This document shows positions 61,045 through 64,000 of a stretch of DNA of 64,000 nt, in pieces. The position numbers and the translations under genes are program-made. The DNA comes from Fimbriiglobus sp. (GTDB lineage Bacteria > Planctomycetota > Planctomycetia > Gemmatales > Gemmataceae), in assembly GCA_043727575.1 (NCBI GenBank), contig JAYSYN010000244.1, positions 2,932-66,931 on the forward strand. The letters run 5' to 3'. The notes under the pieces were generated by a model that ran no database searches, was not told the origin of the DNA, and saw nothing but the letters and a program-made list of their open reading frames with translations. Position 1 is the first letter of the stretch, and every line of letters starts with the position of its first letter.

Positions 61045-64000
61045 ATGCCGAGCGACCGCGATCTATTCCAATCCGCCGTCGACATCCCCGACGCCGGCGC
61101 CCGCGCCGAGTACCTGTCCGCCAACGCGCCGGACTCGGATCAGCGGGCGCGTGTGGAGCGCTTGCTAATCGCCCACGCCGCCGCGGGTGGGTTCTTGGAA
61201 CAGCCGCCCGACGAGGGCAACCTGACCCGCAGCGGTGCCTTCGGGGCTGAGACCGGTACGTACATCGCAGGGGATGCCGGGGCCACCGTCGATCGGCCCG
61301 GCCGCGACGAACACGTCGGCGCCGTCTTGGCGGGCAAATACAAGTTGATCGAAGCCATCGGGGAAGGGGGCATGGGCAGTGTTTACATGGCCCAACAGAC
61401 GGAACCGGTGAAACGGGCGGTCGCGGTGAAGGTCATCAAAGCGGGGATGGATTCGAAAGCGGTCCTCGCGCGGTTCGAGGCCGAGCGGCAAGCGCTGGCG
61501 ATGATGGATCACCCGAACATCGCCAAGGTGCTCGACGCGGGAACGACCGACAGCGGCCGGCCGTTCTTCGTGATGGAGTTGGTGAAGGGCGTGCCGATCA
61601 CGCAGTATTGCGACGAGCGGAAGCTGACCCCGCGGCAACGCCTCGAATTGTTCGTGCCGGTGTGCAACGCCATTCAACACGCCCACCAAAAGGGGATCAT
61701 CCACCGCGATATCAAGCCGAATAACGTCCTCGTGGCACTGTACGACGACCGGCCGGTGCCGAAGGTCATCGACTTCGGCGTGGCGAAAGCGGCGGGACAA
61801 TCGCTCACGGATCTGACGCTGGTGACCGGCTTCGGCGCCGTCGTCGGCACGCCAGAGTACATGTCCCCCGAACAGGCCAATCTGAACAATTTGGACATCG
61901 ACACGCGCAGCGATGTGTATTCCCTCGGCGTACTGCTCTACGAACTACTGACCGGGTCCACCCCGGTGGATCGGAAGAGTCTCGGCAAAGCCGCGCTGCT
62001 GGAAATCCTGCGGATCGTGCGCGAAGTGGAAGCGCCGAGGCCGAGCGCGAAACTCAGCACCATCGACGCGCTGCCGAACGTCGCGGCGAACCGGGGCACC
62101 GAGCCGGCGAAGCTGTCGAAGTTGATGCGCGGCGAACTCGACTGGGTCGTGCTCAAGGCGCTCGAGAAGGATCGCACGCGCCGATACGAGAGTGCCAACG
62201 GGTTGGCGAGGGACATCCAGCGGTACTTGGCCGACGAGATCGTGGAAGCCCGCCCGGCGAGCGCGGGTTACCGGTTGCGGAAACTGGTTCGCAGGCACAA
62301 GGGCCGCGTGATCGCCGCGGGGTCGGTGTTCGCGGCGCTGCTCGCGGGCATCGTCGGAACGACGTGGGGTTTGATTCGCGCGGAAAACGCCCGGGAGGAT
62401 CAAGAGCATCAGCGGCGGATCGCCGAAAGCAAAGAAGCCGCGGCCAAGGAGTCCGAAGCGCGGGCGGTGAAAGCGAGCGAGACGGCGAAAGAATCGGCCC
62501 GGCAAGCGCGACTCGCGTTGGGCAGCGCCGATAAAATGCTCGATTTTCAAGCGGAAATCCGCCGCGGGAAGCAGGAACCGTTGCTCCCCGCCGAGGCGGA
62601 GTATTTGGCCGAGTTGGCGGGGCAGCTCGAAGCGCAAGCGAAAGCCGGCCGCGGGGCCAACGAAGCCGAGGCGTACACCCGGTTGGCGGCGGTGCAATTC
62701 CGGCAAGGCAAAACCGCGGACATCGAGACATCGTTCGAGGCCGCGTTCTCGATACTGACAACGCTCTGTCAGTCGGATCCCGAGAACGCCCCGGAGCACG
62801 TGATCCAACTGGCGAAGACGCGGAGCAAATTGGCGAAAAAGTTTTTCTACCCGTTCACGCCCGAGAATTTGAAGAAGTGCGAGTCGGTGATGCGGCGGGC
62901 GGACGCGGAATGGATCCGCGCCGGGGAATTTAATCCGCAAAACGCCGATGTCTTCGCGACGCGCGCGGCGGAGTTGGATCAGCTGCATGGAAATGTGATT
63001 CCCATGTTGATTAATCAACCGTACACGCCGGAGAATCAGTCGCGCTCCGAGGCGGCTCGGTTGCCGGTTCGCCGGGCCGCGGCGGAGTGTTGGGCGAAAG
63101 CGGTCGAATTGCGTCCGGACAACCCGACGTACCGCAAATGGTTGCAAAAAGCGCTCCCGCCGGATTTCAAAACGGGCCTGCGATGGGACCTCGCGGCGGC
63201 TTTGCGATTCCCTGATCAACCCGTCGAAAAGCCCGGTTGGGTTTTCGAACGCGGATTCGGCGAATTGGTCCGCGACGGCGAGACGTGGGACACTTTGCTA
63301 TTGGAACGCTTGGTGAAAGGGATCGACGGTTTGCCGGATGGTCCGACATGGGTATCCGAAGAGCGGGTGCTCCGCGAAGTCGCAGCGCCGTGGCGCGAAC
63401 TCCTGCTCGAATTCCCCGGGTACAAGTACGCGACGGGCGCGGAGATCGTTTTGAAAATTCGCCAAGCGTATGCGGCGGTATGGACCAAACACAACGTCGG
63501 CGAAGTGCCGCCGGCACCGACGCGGGAACAAGAAAAACGCCGGCGCGAATTGCTGATCGAAGCGACGGCGCTGGCCCGGCGACCCGACACGCAACTGCCC
63601 CCGGAATATTTGAGCTTCCGCTACCGCGAGAAACGGTTCGACGAGTCCGAGGGGAAGAAGTCGGCGCGGTCGAAGTCTCCGGTCACACCCGAGGAATACA
63701 TTTGGTTCCACCGATTGGGCCGCTCGTGGTACGAGGCCGATGCGGGCGAACTCGCCGCGTTGGAACAGGCACTCGCGGGGCGAAAAGATTGGAAACCGAC
63801 GCCGTTGTTCCGCGTCCGATTGATGGCGGCGTTTCTCCCGTCCACAGTGATGGATGACCCGAACGCGGCCCGGGAAAAATTGACCGCGGGTTGGGACCGC
63901 GCCGACGAGCAATTCGCGCTCTACCGCTCGGAAGTGCCGCACGATCGCGATTACCAAGATGCGGCGATGCGACATTCGACGCTAGCCCTCGCGATGGCCA
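61045..64000 (+). CDS. Ser/Thr protein kinase with TM and a long C-terminal helical-repeat region (3' end outside the window)
   Basis: I hand-translated the frame from the ATG at 61045, which follows GGGAG. I checked it codon by codon to about 61980 and in the final line, and read the rest by eye with no stop seen up to 64000. Motifs are GEGGMGSVYMA, VAVKVIK, IIHRDIKPNNVLV, DFGVAK and GTPEYMSPEQ. A TM segment is VIAAGSVFAALLAGIVGTTWGL. It is absent from the ORF track because it has no stop. Confidence 0.9.
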   Translation, partial: MPSDRDLFQSAVDIPDAGARAEYLSANAPDSDQRARVERLLIAHAAAGGFLEQPPDEGNLTRSGAFGAETGTYIAGDAGATVDRPGRDEHVGAVLAGKYKLIEAIGEGGMGSVYMAQQTEPVKRAVAVKVIKAGMDSKAVLARFEAERQALAMMDHPNIAKVLDAGTTDSGRPFFVMELVKGVPITQYCDERKLTPRQRLELFVPVCNAIQHAHQKGIIHRDIKPNNVLVALYDDRPVPKVIDFGVAKAAGQSLTDLTLVTGFGAVVGTPEYMSPEQANLNNLDIDTRSDVYSLGVLLYELLTGSTPVDRKSLGKAALLEILRIVREVEAPRPSAKLSTIDALPNVAANRGTEPAKLSKLMRGELDWVVLKALEKDRTRRYESANGLARDIQRYLADEIVEARPASAGYRLRKLVRRHKGRVIAAGSVFAALLAGIVGTTWGLIRAENAREDQEHQRRIAESKEAAAKESEARAVKASETAKESARQARLALGSADKMLDFQAEIRRGKQEPLLPAEAEYLAELAGQLEAQAKAGRGANEAEAYTRLAAVQFRQGKTADIETSFEAAFSILTTLCQSDPENAPEHVIQLAKTRSKLAKKFFYPFTPENLKKCESVMRRADAEWIRAGEFNPQNADVFATRAAELDQLHGNVIPMLINQPYTPENQSRSEAARLPVRRAAAECWAKAVELRPDNPTYRKWLQKALPPDFKTGLRWDLAAALRFPDQPVEKPGWVFERGFGELVRDGETWDTLLLERLVKGIDGLPDGPTWVSEERVLREVAAPWRELLLEFPGYKYATGAEIVLKIRQAYAAVWTKHNVGEVPPAPTREQEKRRRELLIEATALARRPDTQLPPEYLSFRYREKRFDESEGKKSARSKSPVTPEEYIWFHRLGRSWYEADAGELAALEQALAGRKDWKPTPLFRVRLMAAFLPSTVMDDPNAAREKLTAGWDRADEQFALYRSEVPHDRDYQDAAMRHSTLALAMA

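Noticed and set aside
61945-63219. 424-aa minus-strand ORF
   Set aside because: It is antisense to the Ser/Thr kinase gene, which reads through on the plus strand with canonical kinase motifs.

Overview
This is a 64-kb high-GC bacterial chromosomal segment. Hand counts give about 62% G+C in ordinary lines; I computed no exact value. The gene content points to Planctomycetota, probably Gemmata-like. Supporting signs are three DUF1559 proteins with prepilin-type N-termini ([34 protein letters not shown]), a DUF1592/DUF1552 pair, an ECF sigma plus Ser/Thr kinase pair, and GC-rich REP-like hairpins. I call about 53 protein-coding genes, one initiator-like tRNA-Met, one frameshifted hydrolase gene, and several hairpin or tandem-repeat elements. 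I also call one UGA-recoded Rdx/SelW-like selenoprotein gene that the ORF track cannot show. Recognisable housekeeping genes are aroC, ltaE, serS, glnA, purL, tyrA, galT, a plant-type gshA, rtcB plus archease, and an RND pump. Two loci are the best candidates for a novel system. (1) 50047-58439 (minus strand) is a seven-gene, start/stop-overlapping operon: ECF sigma, an anti-sigma-like protein, an ImmA/IrrE metallopeptidase, NurA, HerA, SbcD(Mre11) and SbcC(Rad50). This is an archaeal-style DNA-end resection quartet wired to a sigma/protease switch, with RtcB-archease immediately upstream. (2) 18152-24521 (minus strand) is a minimal type-VII-secretion-like locus: two paralogous WXG100-like small helical proteins, a third helical protein, an 89-bp hairpin tandem repeat, a 1312-aa membrane FtsK/SpoIIIE ATPase, and a translationally coupled flavoprotein. 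Other notable items are a roughly 0.6-kb low-GC islet next to the tRNA and a REC-XRE response regulator. Many of the longest ORFs in the supplied track are antisense artefacts of GC-rich DNA and are rejected. I cannot establish novelty without database searches; each finding states what to run.
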